Part shown: piece after piece, positions 12,256-24,000 of the stretch
How positions within the stretch are numbered: the first letter of the stretch is position 1
Layout: each line of letters opens with the position of its first letter
NCBI RefSeq assembly: GCF_964213995.1
Contig: NC_135821.1
Span: forward strand, 78,492,001 to 78,556,000
Direction: 5' to 3'
Source: Mustelus asterias
Taxonomy: Eukaryota
DNA length: 64,000 bases
The notes under the pieces: model-generated
What the model was told of the DNA's origin: nothing
The model's input: the letters and a program-made list of their open reading frames with translations, nothing else
The model's database searches: none
Translations under genes and position numbers: made by a program

Positions 12256-13654
12256 CTATAGGAGAATATTGTTCTGACGTAAGATACCTTAGCAGTATGG
12301 GTCAGACAATTGTTGTAAAAGTATTCTCACCTTTGCTATCATAAACACATCATGATAATAAATTGACACAGGTGTGTGATGAGTTGTTTGGAAGCAATGT
12401 AATAGGCGGCCAGTGTTGCTGATGTAAAAACATTCTTCTTGTTTTGGAGAGTGGCACAAATAATGCTCCTACTTTGAGATGAAAGTAAATTATAAGGAAA
12501 CTGCACAGTCGATTTTCAATTACAATGTTGTTTTTTCCCTTTAACATGGGGCACTTTATTGTTGGACTCCTGACAGCTAGTTAGTGGAAGAGGAGGCCAG
12601 AAGACAATCTTTACTCAGTTTCAGGCATCATTTTAAAATATAACTCCTAAATCTACTCCCCAACAGCAGTGTCAATGAGTGTCTATATATTTTTTTTCAA
12701 TTATCCAATAAATACCCTCCACCTATATACACTTAAGCTTAATTCATATAATTACATTTATTACATCAAGTATGTTTAACTGTTCTATATTATTATTGAA
12801 GTATCTACACAGAGATTACTGCTGTTGTCCAAACAAAAAAAAAAGTGTACTTGGACCGACACTTGCCAAACAACAAGTATTTTGGGCCAAAATTCCACTT
12901 TGTTGGTTTAAAAGCTGCAAAGTTCTGGCATAGGAGACTGTAATTTGGGGCATAATATCCAGAGTTATCTAAAATACCCAGTGATGCCGGCTGGAATTAG
13001 CAGTAGCTTACAATAGGCCCATGGTTCAAGGGAGCCAAATGATGGAATAATGAGATCAAAGGCTGCCAAGCCAGAAATTCCTACATGCCAGAATTATAAC
13101 TAACTTTCATTAAGCTTGTGAAATACAGCAAAAGATACCTGCATAACTTGTCAAACCAGGAAGTGACAGGCTTTGAAAGTCCAAGCTTTGACAACAACAA
13201 TTAGAAAAATATTTTCTCAGCCATATGACGGGAAGGAATTCAGCAAAATACCTTTAATCAGTTTCAGACAATCTTCTTCTCCATCTTGTAACCAAGCCCT
13301 TTTCATAGAGCTGAGGGTAAGAGTTTTCATTTGTGTTAAACTGGGGGCACAGGAGCTGGAAGAAGAGAAAATGAGAGAGGCAACATCAAAGATGATCAAC
13401 TCAGAAAAACCCTTCCATCAAAGTCCACACACCGTCGATCCCCAGATAAGCCCTCAGAAAAAGTCTTCTTAGGCGGCAACAGGTCAGTAAGGATGTATCA
13501 AAGGAATTTTGGTGTCCTACAACAAATCCCTCTCAAACATCCTGTTAATCTGTATATTGACAGCATGCCAATGAGTCTAACGCTGCTGCCATGCTGTATC
13601 ATTCTGCTGTTACGCTAAGGTGGCATCCAAGGTTGATATTACCAAAACATAACA

Positions 13655-14985
13655 CTCGGGAGGATTTAAACTAGTTTGGCAGGAGGGTGGGATCCAAAGC
13701 AGTAGGGAGACAGAAGAGAAGTTTGAGGACAGTGCAGAAATTAAAGAGAGCACATTAAGTCGTAAAGGCAGTGTCAGTAATCCTAGTACCAGACAGATCA
13801 GGCAAAGGAAAGACAGAGAGCAAGGGAAGTCCAGATTAAACTGTGTTTATTTCAATGCAAGAGGCTTGACGGGCAAGGCAGATGAACTCAGGCCATGGAT
13901 GGGTACATGGGACTGGGATATTATAGCAATTACTGAAACATGGCTAAGGGAGGGACAGGACTGGCAGCTCAATGTTCCAGGGTACAGATGCTGTAGGAAA
14001 GATAGAACAGGAGATAAGAGAGGAGGGGGAGTTGCATTTTTGATTAGGGAAAGCATCACGGCCGTACTGAGAGGGGATATATCCGAGGGTTTGGCCACTG
14101 AGTTTATATGGGTAGAACTGAGAAATAAGAAGGGGGAAACCACTTTGATAGGGTTGTACTATAGGCCTCCAAATAGTCGGTGGGAAATTGAGGAGCAAAT
14201 CTATAAGGAGATTACAGATAGCTCCAAGAAAAATAGGATGGTAATAGAAGGGGATTTTAACCTTCCCAACATTGACTGGGATAACTATAGTATTAGAGGG
14301 TTGGATGGAGAGAAATTTGTTGAGTGCATTCAGGAGGAATTTCTCATTCAGTATGTGGATGGCCCGACTAGAGAGGGGGCAAAACTTGACCTCCTCTTGG
14401 GAAATAAGGAAGGGCAAGTGACAGAAGTGTTAGCGAGGGATCACTTTGGGACCAGTGACCATAATTCTATTAGTTTTAAGATAGCCATGGAGAATGATAG
14501 GTCTGGCCCAAAAGTTAAAATTCTAAATTGGGGCAAGGCCAATTTTGATGGTATCAGGCAGGAACTTTCAAAAGTTAATTGGGGGAGTCTGTTGGAAGGC
14601 AAAGGGATGTCTGGTAAGTGGGAGGCTTTCAAAAGTGTGTTAACCGGGGTTCAGGGTAAGCACATTCTTCTTGGAGTGAAGGGCAAGGCTGGCAGAAGTA
14701 GGGAACCCTGGATGACTCAGATAATTGTCCAGAGGGGCAATTTTTTCACACAGAGCGTGCTGAGTGTCTGGAACAAGCTGCCAGAGATCGTAGTAGAGGC
14801 GGGTACAATTTTGTCTTTTAAAAAGCATTTAGACAGTTACATGGGTATGATGGGTATAGAGGGATATGGGCCAAATGTGGGCAATTGGGATTAGCTTCGG
14901 GGTTTTAAAAAAAAGGGCAGCATGGACAGGTTGGGCTGAAGGGCCTGTTTCCATGCTGTAAACCTCTATGACTCTATGCCTCTAT
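13655..14985 (+). mobile_element. Internally deleted CR1: ORF1 end, APE endonuclease, joined in frame to the ORF2 C-terminus (no RT)
   Basis: CVYFNARG, AITETWL, YYRPP, GDFN and SDHN APE motifs. Junction near 14720 jumps to QRGNFFTQSVLSVWNKLP. (ACTCTATG)-type tail. Confidence 0.92.
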
Positions 14986-15404
14986 TTCTTGGCTTTTAAG
15001 GCAAAGGGTGGAATTTTCAGAAACTTCCCCTCTCTGGCCAGAGGCCAGAATTAAATGACTTTGCACCCCTTAATGGAATTCAGTTTAAGGTCCAACTAGA
15101 ATCATCCTTCCCTATGATTGTCTGCTCTGCCAGTGGGATATCACGCCAATCCAGAACATGCCCAGGCCAATGTAATGTGCACATGTCAGATTTACATGCA
15201 AGAGGACATCAGCTGGAAGATGGAGGCCTCCAGCAACATGGACCCTATAACGCCATGTAGGGATTAAAATCATTGAATGCAGTAGACTTCCCTGGGAAGC
15301 TGCTGTGAAGATGCTTCAGTGCATTTCCCACACTTACAGATGGGCAGCACAAACAAGCTGACCAATGGTCAGAGGCTGAGAACTCTGACAACCACAAGCT
15401 ATAA

Positions 15405-16442
15405 CATCAGGTGTGAATGTTTGAATGGTGCACACACCAGGGAGCATACAGGGGGCAGACACTAGCTTCAGGGAGGTGGTCACACCATAGGTCCAGATAG
15501 GTAGATGGGGGACCACCAGGAGAAGCAGGCGCGTAAGGCAGGAGTCTCCTGTGACTATTCGCCTCTCAAACAGGTATACCGTTTGGATACTGTTGGGGGG
15601 AGATTTCTCGGGGGAAAATACCAGCAGCAACCAGGCCTGTGGCACCACAACTGGTTCTGCTGTAGAACAGGATCGGGCTAAGTCCAAGTGAGTGATAGTA
15701 GTAGGAGACTCAATAGTCAGGGGCATGTCTGTGGCCATGTGTGTCAGGGTCCTGGATGTCTCTGAGCAGGTACAGGGCAATCTGAAACAGGAGGGTAAGC
15801 AGACAGATGTTATTGTCCACATTGGCACTAATGTCATTGGCAGAGGGAAGAGATCCTGCAAAGACAATTCAGGGAGTTGGGTAGGGAGCTAAAAGGCAGG
15901 ACCTCTAGAAATCTTAGAATTACTCCCTGTGCCATCTACTCGTAAGGCTTGGAAGAGGGAGATAGTACAATTGAACATGTGGCTAAAGAGCTGGTGTAGG
16001 AGGGAGGGCTTTAGATAAATGGATCATTGGGATGTCTTCTGGGGAAGGTGGGACCTGTACAAGAAGGACGGGTTGCACATGAACTGGAGGGGCACCAATA
16101 CCCTGGATGGGAGGTTTGCTAGTGCTGTTCGGGAGAGTTTAAACTCGTGTGGCGGGGGTGCGAACCGGAACAGCAAGACTGTAAGTGTAGGGGCCAGGAA
16201 AAAAAGTGAGACTGAGATAAACATAGCACAGAGTAAGAGCCGGCAGAGGGAAGTCACAGGGCTCAGCGGGATTGGAGATCTGGAATGCGTTTGCTCCAAT
16301 ACAAGAAGTTTAACAGGTAAAACTGATGAACTGAGAGCCTGGATTACTGCATGGTTTAGTTAGGGCATCGTGATCGGCACAGGCTTGGAGGGCTGAAGGG
16401 CCTGTTCCTGTGCTGTACTTTTCTTTGCTCTTTGTTCTTTAT
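15405..16442 (+). mobile_element. Internally deleted, decayed CR1: ORF1 esterase remnants and start of APE joined to the tail
   Basis: IVVGDSIVRG, VIVHIGTN and LYKKDGLH SGNH motifs, then LECVCSNTRSLTGKTDEL, then the 3' UTR with a (CTTTGTT)n tail. Confidence 0.88.
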
Positions 16443-17764
16443 GTAGGCATACCTCATTAGTAATTAATCATTATAATTAGAGAAGCATATAGAGGCTATA
16501 ACTGGTTAACTATATTCATCTGACATAAATGAAATAATCAGAACTATAAGTTGCAGGTGAGTGAAGCACAGAGGGATGTAGGTGTTCAAGTGCGTGAGTC
16601 ACAAAATGATTGTAGGCAGGTCCCAACAGGTGGTTAAGAAGACAAACAGCATTTTGGCCTTTATTGCAAAGGGGTTGGAGTTTAAAATAGGAAGATTTTA
16701 TTCCAATTGGATATCCGCCACAGTGCTTAATCACAGAATGGAAAATTCCACGCAAAGACTTATGCTTTCAGAAGTTTAGACTTATTGATGAGGATGGTCA
16801 AAAACATAAGAGTCAAAATAATCTAAGGTAAGTTGTTTTTAAAAGGAGATTGTAACTATTCCAGTGAATTATTCATATAGGATCAATAATTACTGTGTTG
16901 ATGGCTGTAGTTCTTTGTGCTTGAAGATGTGTGGGATCTTGAGCCCACTCTCACCGTGCATGAGGTTGTTGATGGGGGCTCAAGATGCTGAGGGAACCCG
17001 GAAGCCCAGATCTCACTGGTGAGATAACTTCCGATTTCTGGTGGCCCTGCCAGCGATGTGATAGGTTCACACCCAAAACAGGTGTGAACCTGATTTAAAT
17101 ACATTTCCAGGTATTTCAATATGATTAGTCTGCCCCCTTGCCATATATTCACACTGTACCAACATGACGTCAAACTGGTGAGGTTTACAAGAGGTTCGCC
17201 CAGACATGAACCTGTTGTGGTGATCCCCCGGGGACATAAAGGTGAGTATAACCTCGGAGGAGAGGGATATGGCCAGGCAGTGGCCTGCCAGGTTGACACC
17301 ATGCCCATGTCAACCTGGCAGTGCCAACATGTGCCAGACAGCAGTAACAGGGGCGAACCCCAATGGGAGCCTCATGGGGAGGGAGGAGGGGAATGGGATT
17401 AATTTGTATATGGTGGTGGCTGGGAACGGACATGGGAGCTGGGGATGGGGGTTGGAGAGTGGGGGGTGCGTGTCGGCACTGACTGTTGTGGGGGATGAAG
17501 GGGGAATGGGGGAGAGGTGCCAGCCATGACTGTTGGGCATGGGGGGGACAAGTGGCAGCTCTGATAAGGGGGATGGGGGAGCCCCGAGACCTCCGTGATG
17601 GGCTTGGAGGAAGGATCATTCCTGTTTTGAGCGGGGCGCTCGATCTCAGTACAGCTGGGCTTTGCCAGCGTTTTGAGGGCCCGACCCCTTCACGATGGCC
17701 TGAAACACACCCAGCTTTTTCTTTTGTGACAAGAGTGTGGTAAGATCTGGAGAGAAACACACAG

Positions 17765-18488
17765 GGGGCAATCTTACCAAAAAGATTCTAAGTGCTGAAC
17801 AAGCATGAAAATGGGAGATAATCACCGCCACCGACTCCCGCACCCCCCCAGCCGATTGCCGCCCTGGATGACTCCCCCCATCCCCCAGCCGATCACTGCC
17901 CGCGATGCCCTCCCCAGTCGATTGCCAGCTCCGATTCCACCCCCCCCTCGCCCCCAGGTGATTGCCGCCCGGCAGTCCCCAATGCAGAGTACACAGTTCC
18001 CCACGCCCTGCCTCCCTTTCAGGCCCCGCCCCTTCAGGCACCATCCTACTCCTTAGGCCCCACCACTTGGCACTGCCCGGTGCCAGGCTGGCGCTGCCAG
18101 GATGTCAGGCTGGCACTGCCCAAGAGGCACTACCTGCCCCCGACTACCCGGGGGACCTCAATGGCCTCCTGTCTCACCGGCGAGGCCTTCACATCTGGGC
18201 CCCATTGCTGGTGGCTATACATGATCCTCGCCGGTGGGGACTTCCGCCAGTGAGGCTGTTAAGGCAAGGGAACCCGGACTATTACGTCCCGAGCACACTA
18301 ATAATATTGAAATGAGAAAATGAATATTGAAATTATCCTCGCGCTCTTCCTGGGCGTGAGGCCGATGACGTCGGCAGATCAGGGCCAGCAATATCATGAG
18401 AGGTGAGGAACCGGGTGCCAACTGGGCTTTTCACCTCTCGTGCAATCTTACCAGAACCAACACTGCCAAATCCTGGTAAGACCGCCCC
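17765..18488. mobile_element. GC-rich non-autonomous DNA transposon (MITE-like)
   Basis: TIRs GGGGCAATCTTACCA / TGGTAAGACCGCCCC. Related GC-rich segments at ~16960-17745 and ~22140-22990 share TGGCACTGCC-type motifs. Confidence 0.65.
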
Positions 18489-19057
18489 TGTGAACCCCTT
18501 ATTGGAAATACAACCGGTCTTGATGATCTCTCTGAGAAATATTAAAATAAAGTCTTCTGCACATTTGACAGATCCGAAAGCCTTTCTCGGGTCAAGAGCT
18601 TTCTGCTGAGATCCGTGCCTGTGCTTTGCGGCTGACACAACAACTTACAAATCTATAGCTCCTTTAGCTTCGAAAAACATCACACGGCACTCCACAGAGG
18701 CGTAATCTCAAAGATTGGCACCAAGCCAAAGGAAGCGAGGCCAAAAGCTGGTCAAAGAGGTGGATTCTGAATAGAGTTTCGCTTGCCAACTCATGTGATC
18801 AGCCACGAGATTTTCCCTGCTGGCAGAGAATCGTCTTTAGCTGTCTATTCTGTTCAAGCTAACTTACATGAGCTTTCTTGGCATTCTGGAGCTTTCTATT
18901 ATAACGTATCCTGATCAGCGCAGCTGTTCTTTTGTCAACATGGCCTCAGTGTTAAATGCCTGATCATTGCTGGAGTGTCCTGCAATTTGTGGTCATGAGA
19001 TACCTGGAGTATGATACTTGCACATGATTCCCCTCATCTGGGATGCTTTTCATCTTT

Positions 19058-19410
19058 TTTTTATTCGTTCGTGGGACATGGGTGTCACTGGCTGGCCAGC
19101 ATTTATTGCCCATCCCGAGTTACCCTTGGAGGGCAGCTGAGAGTCAACCACATTGCTCTGGAGTCACATGTAGGCCAGACCAGGTAAGGACAGCAGATTT
19201 CCTTCCCTAAAGGACATTCGTGAACCAGATGGTTTTTCCGACAATCGACAATGGTTTTATGATCATCAGTAGATTCTTAATGCCAGATTTTTTTTTTTAA
19301 ATTAAAATTCCCACCATCTGCCATGGTGGGATTCAAAACTGGGTCCCCAGAACATTCGCTGAGTTTCTGGATTAATAGTCTAGCAATAATACCACTGGGC
19401 CATCGCCTCC
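19058..19410 (-). mobile_element. tRNA-derived SINE, third family (tail GGGCAATAAATGCTGGCC)
   Basis: Dispersed copies at ~2610-2950, 23190-23450, 30548-30905 and 59870-60430; tRNA-like head on - strand. Confidence 0.75.
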
Positions 19411-19975
19411 GATCGCCTCATCACTGAGTAGACCACAAGCCTCAACAAAGATCACAGAGGAGTTCATGGGTGGGCTTCCATTCACAAATCCCCGCATGTG
19501 CATCCAAGATGATCTGCAGCTTTAACCAGCTTTCCACGGCAGCAAGGATTCATTGCCTCAACATAAACCTGCAAAAAGAAACTGTACTTCAGCTGTCGGA
19601 CAAATGCTGTAAGAAGACAACCATCATCATTGGAATAAAGATTATCAGCCAATCAATGCAATACCAGGGTGTTAGAAACTTCAGCTCCTAAGACTGACCC
19701 TACCAAGGGTGTGTTTGAACTTCAACTTAATGAAGCAATTTCCATCTCGTGCTGATATTAAACGGTTGTGTACATCTTTGAGGGAGATTCACATGGCTTT
19801 AATCTGACATGCTTTGCAGTCAGTTTAAAATCGGATTAGGTCTCACACATCAAAAAGGAGCCTCTGCGTTTTCCTTGAACCTTCTATAAAAATAACTGTA
19901 GGACAGACACTGCTGCCTGCTCTGTCTAAACATTTAATAGATAACCGTTAGAGGAACTCTGCGTTTAGAGATGAA

Positions 19976-21212
19976 CAGTAAGAAGTCTCACAACACCAGG
20001 TTAAAGTCCAACAGGTTTATTTGGTAGCAAATACCATAAGCTTTCGGAGCAATGCTCCTTCGTCAGATGGAGTGGTCTCTGTTCTCAAACAGGGTGTGGA
20101 GATGCCGGCGTTGGACTGGGGTAAACACAGTAAGAAGTTTAACAACACCAGGTTAAAGTCCAACAGGTTTATTTGGTAGCAAAAGCCACACAAGCTTTCG
20201 AGGCTCGAAAGCTTGTGTGGCTTTTGCTACCAAATAAACCTGTTGGACTTTAACCTGGTGTTGTTAAACTTCTTACTCAAACAGGGCACAGACACAGAAA
20301 TCAAATTACAGAATACTGATTAGAATGCAAATCTCTACAGCCAGCCAGGTCTTAAATGTACAGACAATGTGGGTGGAGGGAGCATTCAACACAGGTTAAA
20401 GAGATGTGTATTGTCTCCAGACAGTACAGCTTGTGAAATTGTGCAAGTCCAGGAGGCAAGCTGTGGGGGTTACTGATAATGTGACATAAATCCAACATCC
20501 CGGTTTAGACTGTCCTCATGTGTGCGGAACTTGGCTATCAGTTTCTGCTCAGCGACTCTGCGCTGTCGTGTGTCGTGAAGGCCGCCTTGGAGAATGCTTA
20601 CCTGAAGATCCAAGGCTGAATGCCCGTGACTGCTGAAGTGCTCCCCCACAGGAAGAGAACAGTCTTGCCTGGTGATTGTCGAGCGGTGTTCATTCATCCG
20701 TTGTCGTAGCGTCTGCATGGTTTCCCCAATGTACCATGCCTCGGGACATCCTTTCTTGCAGCGTATCAGGTAGACAACCTTGGCCGAGTTGCAAGAGTAG
20801 GTACCGTTCCGCACACATGAGGACGGTCTAAACCGGGATGTTGGATTTATGTCACATTATCAGTAACCCCCACAGCTTGCCTCCTGGACTTGCACAATTT
20901 CACAAGCTGTACTGTCTGGAGACAATACACATCTCTTTAACCTGTGTTGAATGCTCCCTCCACCCACATTGTCTGTCCATTTAAGACCTGGCTGGCTGTA
21001 GAGATTTGCATTCTAATCAGTATTCTGTAATTTGATTTCTGTGTCTGTGCCCTGTTTGAGAACAGAGACCACTCCATCTGACGAAGGAGCATTGCTCCGA
21101 AAGCTTATGGTATTTGCTACCAAATAAACCTGTTGGACTTTAACCTGGTGTTGTGAGACTTCTTACTGTGCTTACCCCAGTCCAACGCCGGCATCTCCAC
21201 ATCATGACTACC
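19976..21212. mobile_element. Penelope-like element (family A) fold-back insertion with inverted pseudo-LTRs and a GIY-YIG fragment
   Basis: GIY-YIG peptide VVYLIRCKKGCPEAWYIGET at 20470-20814(-). Near-perfect inverted arms. 12-bp TSD TTTAGAGATGAA (19964-19975 / 21213-21224). Confidence 0.92.
20095..20276. mobile_element. Mini palindromic family-A Penelope insertion nested in the previous element
   Basis: ~35-nt tail plus perfect inverted repeat. TSD TCAAACAGGG (20085-20094 / 20277-20286). Confidence 0.9.
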
Positions 21213-21429
21213 TTTAGAGATGAATGCAGACCTCTGTCCTGGGCATAGAACCAAAATTACTGCCAGACAACATAAAAGAGATAAACAGGAAACAAAGAAA
21301 TGCAGATGTTGAAAATATGAAATGAAAACTGAAAATGCTGGACAAATGGGGCAGCATCGGTGAAGAGAAAAGACAAGTTAACAATTCCAGTATATAACTA
21401 TACAAGGTATTGTAAGGAGAAAAAGATAT

Positions 21430-21565
21430 AAAGGCAAAATACTGCGGATGCTGGAATCTGAAACAAAACAGAAAATGCTGGAAAATCTCAGCAGGTCTGA
21501 CAGCATCTCTGTGGAGAGAGAATAGAACCAACGTTTCGAGTCTGGATGACCCTTCATCAGAACTG
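21430..21565 (-). mobile_element. Penelope-like terminal repeat, family B, with minimal hammerhead motif
   Basis: On -: CTGATGA-A-GGGTC-ATCCA-GACTC-GAAACGTT. Other copies at 23715-24060, 25110-25200, 46945-47030 plus 49318-49375, 50550-51160, 54970-55075 and 57810-58000. Confidence 0.75.
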
Positions 21566-21636
21566 GTTTTTATTTTAGCTTTTACCACTCTCGTGAGGTT
21601 TCGAATCTGGATGACCCAGATGTATCTCAGCTTGGA

Positions 21637-22078
21637 ATGGCTCCTGCTCTGATCAAGACCGCAAGAAACTACAAAGGGTTGTGAGCAAAGCCCAGTCCAT
21701 CACACAAACCGGCCTCCCATCCATTGACTCTGTCTACACTTCCCGCTGCCTCGGAAATGCTGCCAGCATTATCAATGATCCCACGCACCCTGGACATTCT
21801 CTCTTCCACCTTCTTCCGTCGGGAAAAAGATACAAAAGTCTGAGATCACGTACCAACCAACTCAAAGACAGTTTATTCCCTGCTGCCATCAGACATTTGA
21901 ATGTACTTACCTTATATTAAGTTGACCTTGCTCTACACCCTAGCTATGACTGTAACACTACATTCTGTACTCTCTCGTTGCCTTCTCTATGAGCAGTATG
22001 CTTTGTCTGTATAGCGTGCAAGAAACAATACTTTTCACTGTATCCCAATACATGTGACAATAATAAATCAAATCAGTC
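21637..22078 (+). mobile_element. Rex1/Babar-type LINE 3' fragment
   Basis: AQSITQTGLPSIDSVYTSRCLGNAASIINDPTHPGHSLFHLLPSGKRY; (AAATC)n tail. Other copies at 40746-41283(-), 43421-43920(-), 44372-44712(+) and 49447-49580(-). Confidence 0.85.
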
Positions 22079-23767
22079 AAAGGTTAAAAAGAGAAATGTA
22101 TAGGTTAAAAAAAGCAAGAGAAGATGGCCATGCTAAGCTGGCAGCTAGAAGGACCGGGGCCTTTTCACACTGGAGTCTGACAATTCCGGGCCTCTGCACA
22201 TGCACAGTGGCCCCGAACTATCAGCCTCCCATTTGCTGGCCAGCCCGTCCCAGAACACCCCGATCTCCAGCTTCCCACCCCCCAGCAGTGATAATCCCCC
22301 CACCCTCCCCCCCAGCAGACACCCCCCACCACTGGAGGCAGATACCCCAGCAGACCCCCCCCACCACCACTGACCGCTCCGCCCCCAGCTCACCCCGATT
22401 GTTGGCCTCCCTCCAGTCCTGCCCATTCCCCATGAGGAGTGGCAGCAGGATGCCCGGCAGCAGGATGCCCCGCCCCAGTTGGCCCCACCTCCAGGCCCCA
22501 CTCCCTTGGCATTGCCCCATGCCCGATGGGCAGTGCCAAGGTGTCTCCTGGGCATGGGCACTTTGCCCATGGGCAGTGCCAGGGGGCCCAGGCTGGCACG
22601 GCCAGGGTGCCCATGCCGAGGGCGCATCAACTCCCTGACGCCGACCCCAGGGGGGGGGGGGGGGGGGGGGGGGGCCTAATGGCCCCCTCTTCACTCCAGC
22701 GGGGTCTCCCACTACTTCCCAGAAAGTGGGGAGCTAATCTGAACCCCATCAGAGTGAAATTGTACTGGCAGGGTGGGAGATGCTAGTGGGCCCGGAAACT
22801 TCAGTCCCGGGCCCACTAATCACATTTAAATAACATTGAAATAAGATTTAAATCACTTACCTGCTGTTCCCACCGGTTTCCAGCATGGTCCCGATTGTGC
22901 CAGATAGCCGGCACTCGGAGATGTGCACACGGCGGAAATGCATGCGCAAATCCCGCGAATCGGCCCATGCGATGGGAGAATTGCCCCCCATAGAATCTAG
23001 AAGGAGGAGGAGGCCATTCGGCCCTTCGAGCCTGCTCCGCTATTCATTTTAATCATGGCTGATCATCGAATTCAATATCCTGATTCCCCCCTCCTTCCTC
23101 CCGTATCCCTTAATCCCTTTAGCCCCAAGAGCTATATCTAATTTCTTCTTGAAATCAGACAACGTGTTGGCCTCAACTACATTCTTACATTGCTGCGGTT
23201 CTGGAGTCATATGTAGGCCAGACCAGGTAAGGACAGCAGATTTCCTTCCCTAAAGGACATTAGTGAACCAGATGGATTTTTACAACAATCGACAATGGTT
23301 TCATGGTCAAGAGTAGATTCTTAATTCCAGATATTTTTAACAGAATTCAAATTCTACCCAAATTCTACCATCTGCCATTGCGGGATTCGAACTCAGGTTC
23401 CCAGAACATTAGCTGAGTTTCTGGATTAATAGTAATACCCCTAAGCCATTGCCTAGACAAGAACAACAATGAGACAAAGAGGATGCAACAGATGAACAGT
23501 ACTTAAAAAGGAACAGAACCATTGGAGTGGAGAACACACAAGCCGGACAAAAAACAGGAAATGACTCAATGGCAGGAGTGATATTTGCATAATGAGAGAA
23601 GCAAAATAAATTAGAATCATTAGTGACTATGGGAAATGTTTATAAATTAAAGGAGATTGTTACTTCTGGGAATGGACAAGAATTATGAAAAAGTGGTAAA
23701 AGCTAAAATAAATACCAGCTCTGACGAAGGGTCATCCAGACTCGAAACGTTGGCTCTATTCTCTCTC

Positions 23768-24000
23768 GATGTGGAGATGCCGGCGTTGGACTGGGGTGAA
23801 CACAGTCAGAAGTTTAACAACACCAGGTTAAAGTCCAACAGGTTTATTTGGTAGCAAAAGCCACAAGCTTTCGGAGCCTTAAGCTCCTTCGTCAGGTGAG
23901 TGGGACACCTGAAGAAGGAGCTTAAGGCTCCGAAAGCTTGTGGCTTTTGCTACCAAATAAACCTGTTGGACTTTAACCTGGTGTTGTTAAAACTTCTTAC
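23768..24000. mobile_element. Mini palindromic family-A Penelope insertion inside a family-B terminus
   Basis: Tail plus perfect inverted repeat with a hammerhead core on each strand. 13-bp TSD TCTATTCTCTCTC (23755-23767 / 24001-24013). Confidence 0.9.

Noticed and set aside
16883-18638. Many Pro/Gly-rich ORFs (also 22054-22786)
   Set aside because: They lie within GC-rich MITE-like repeats and show no domain motifs.
18780-19800. Possible Harbinger transposase remnant
   Set aside because: Similarity too degenerate to support by eye; needs a translated profile search.
22650-22674. About 25-nt poly-G run
   Set aside because: Homopolymer inside a repeat; length is unreliable and there is no functional evidence.
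19976-24000. Recurrent palindromic ~75-nt units superficially like CRISPR repeats or MITE TIRs
   Set aside because: No regular spacers or cas genes; the units are pseudo-LTR ends of a Penelope-like element whose ORF is at 47378-49292.
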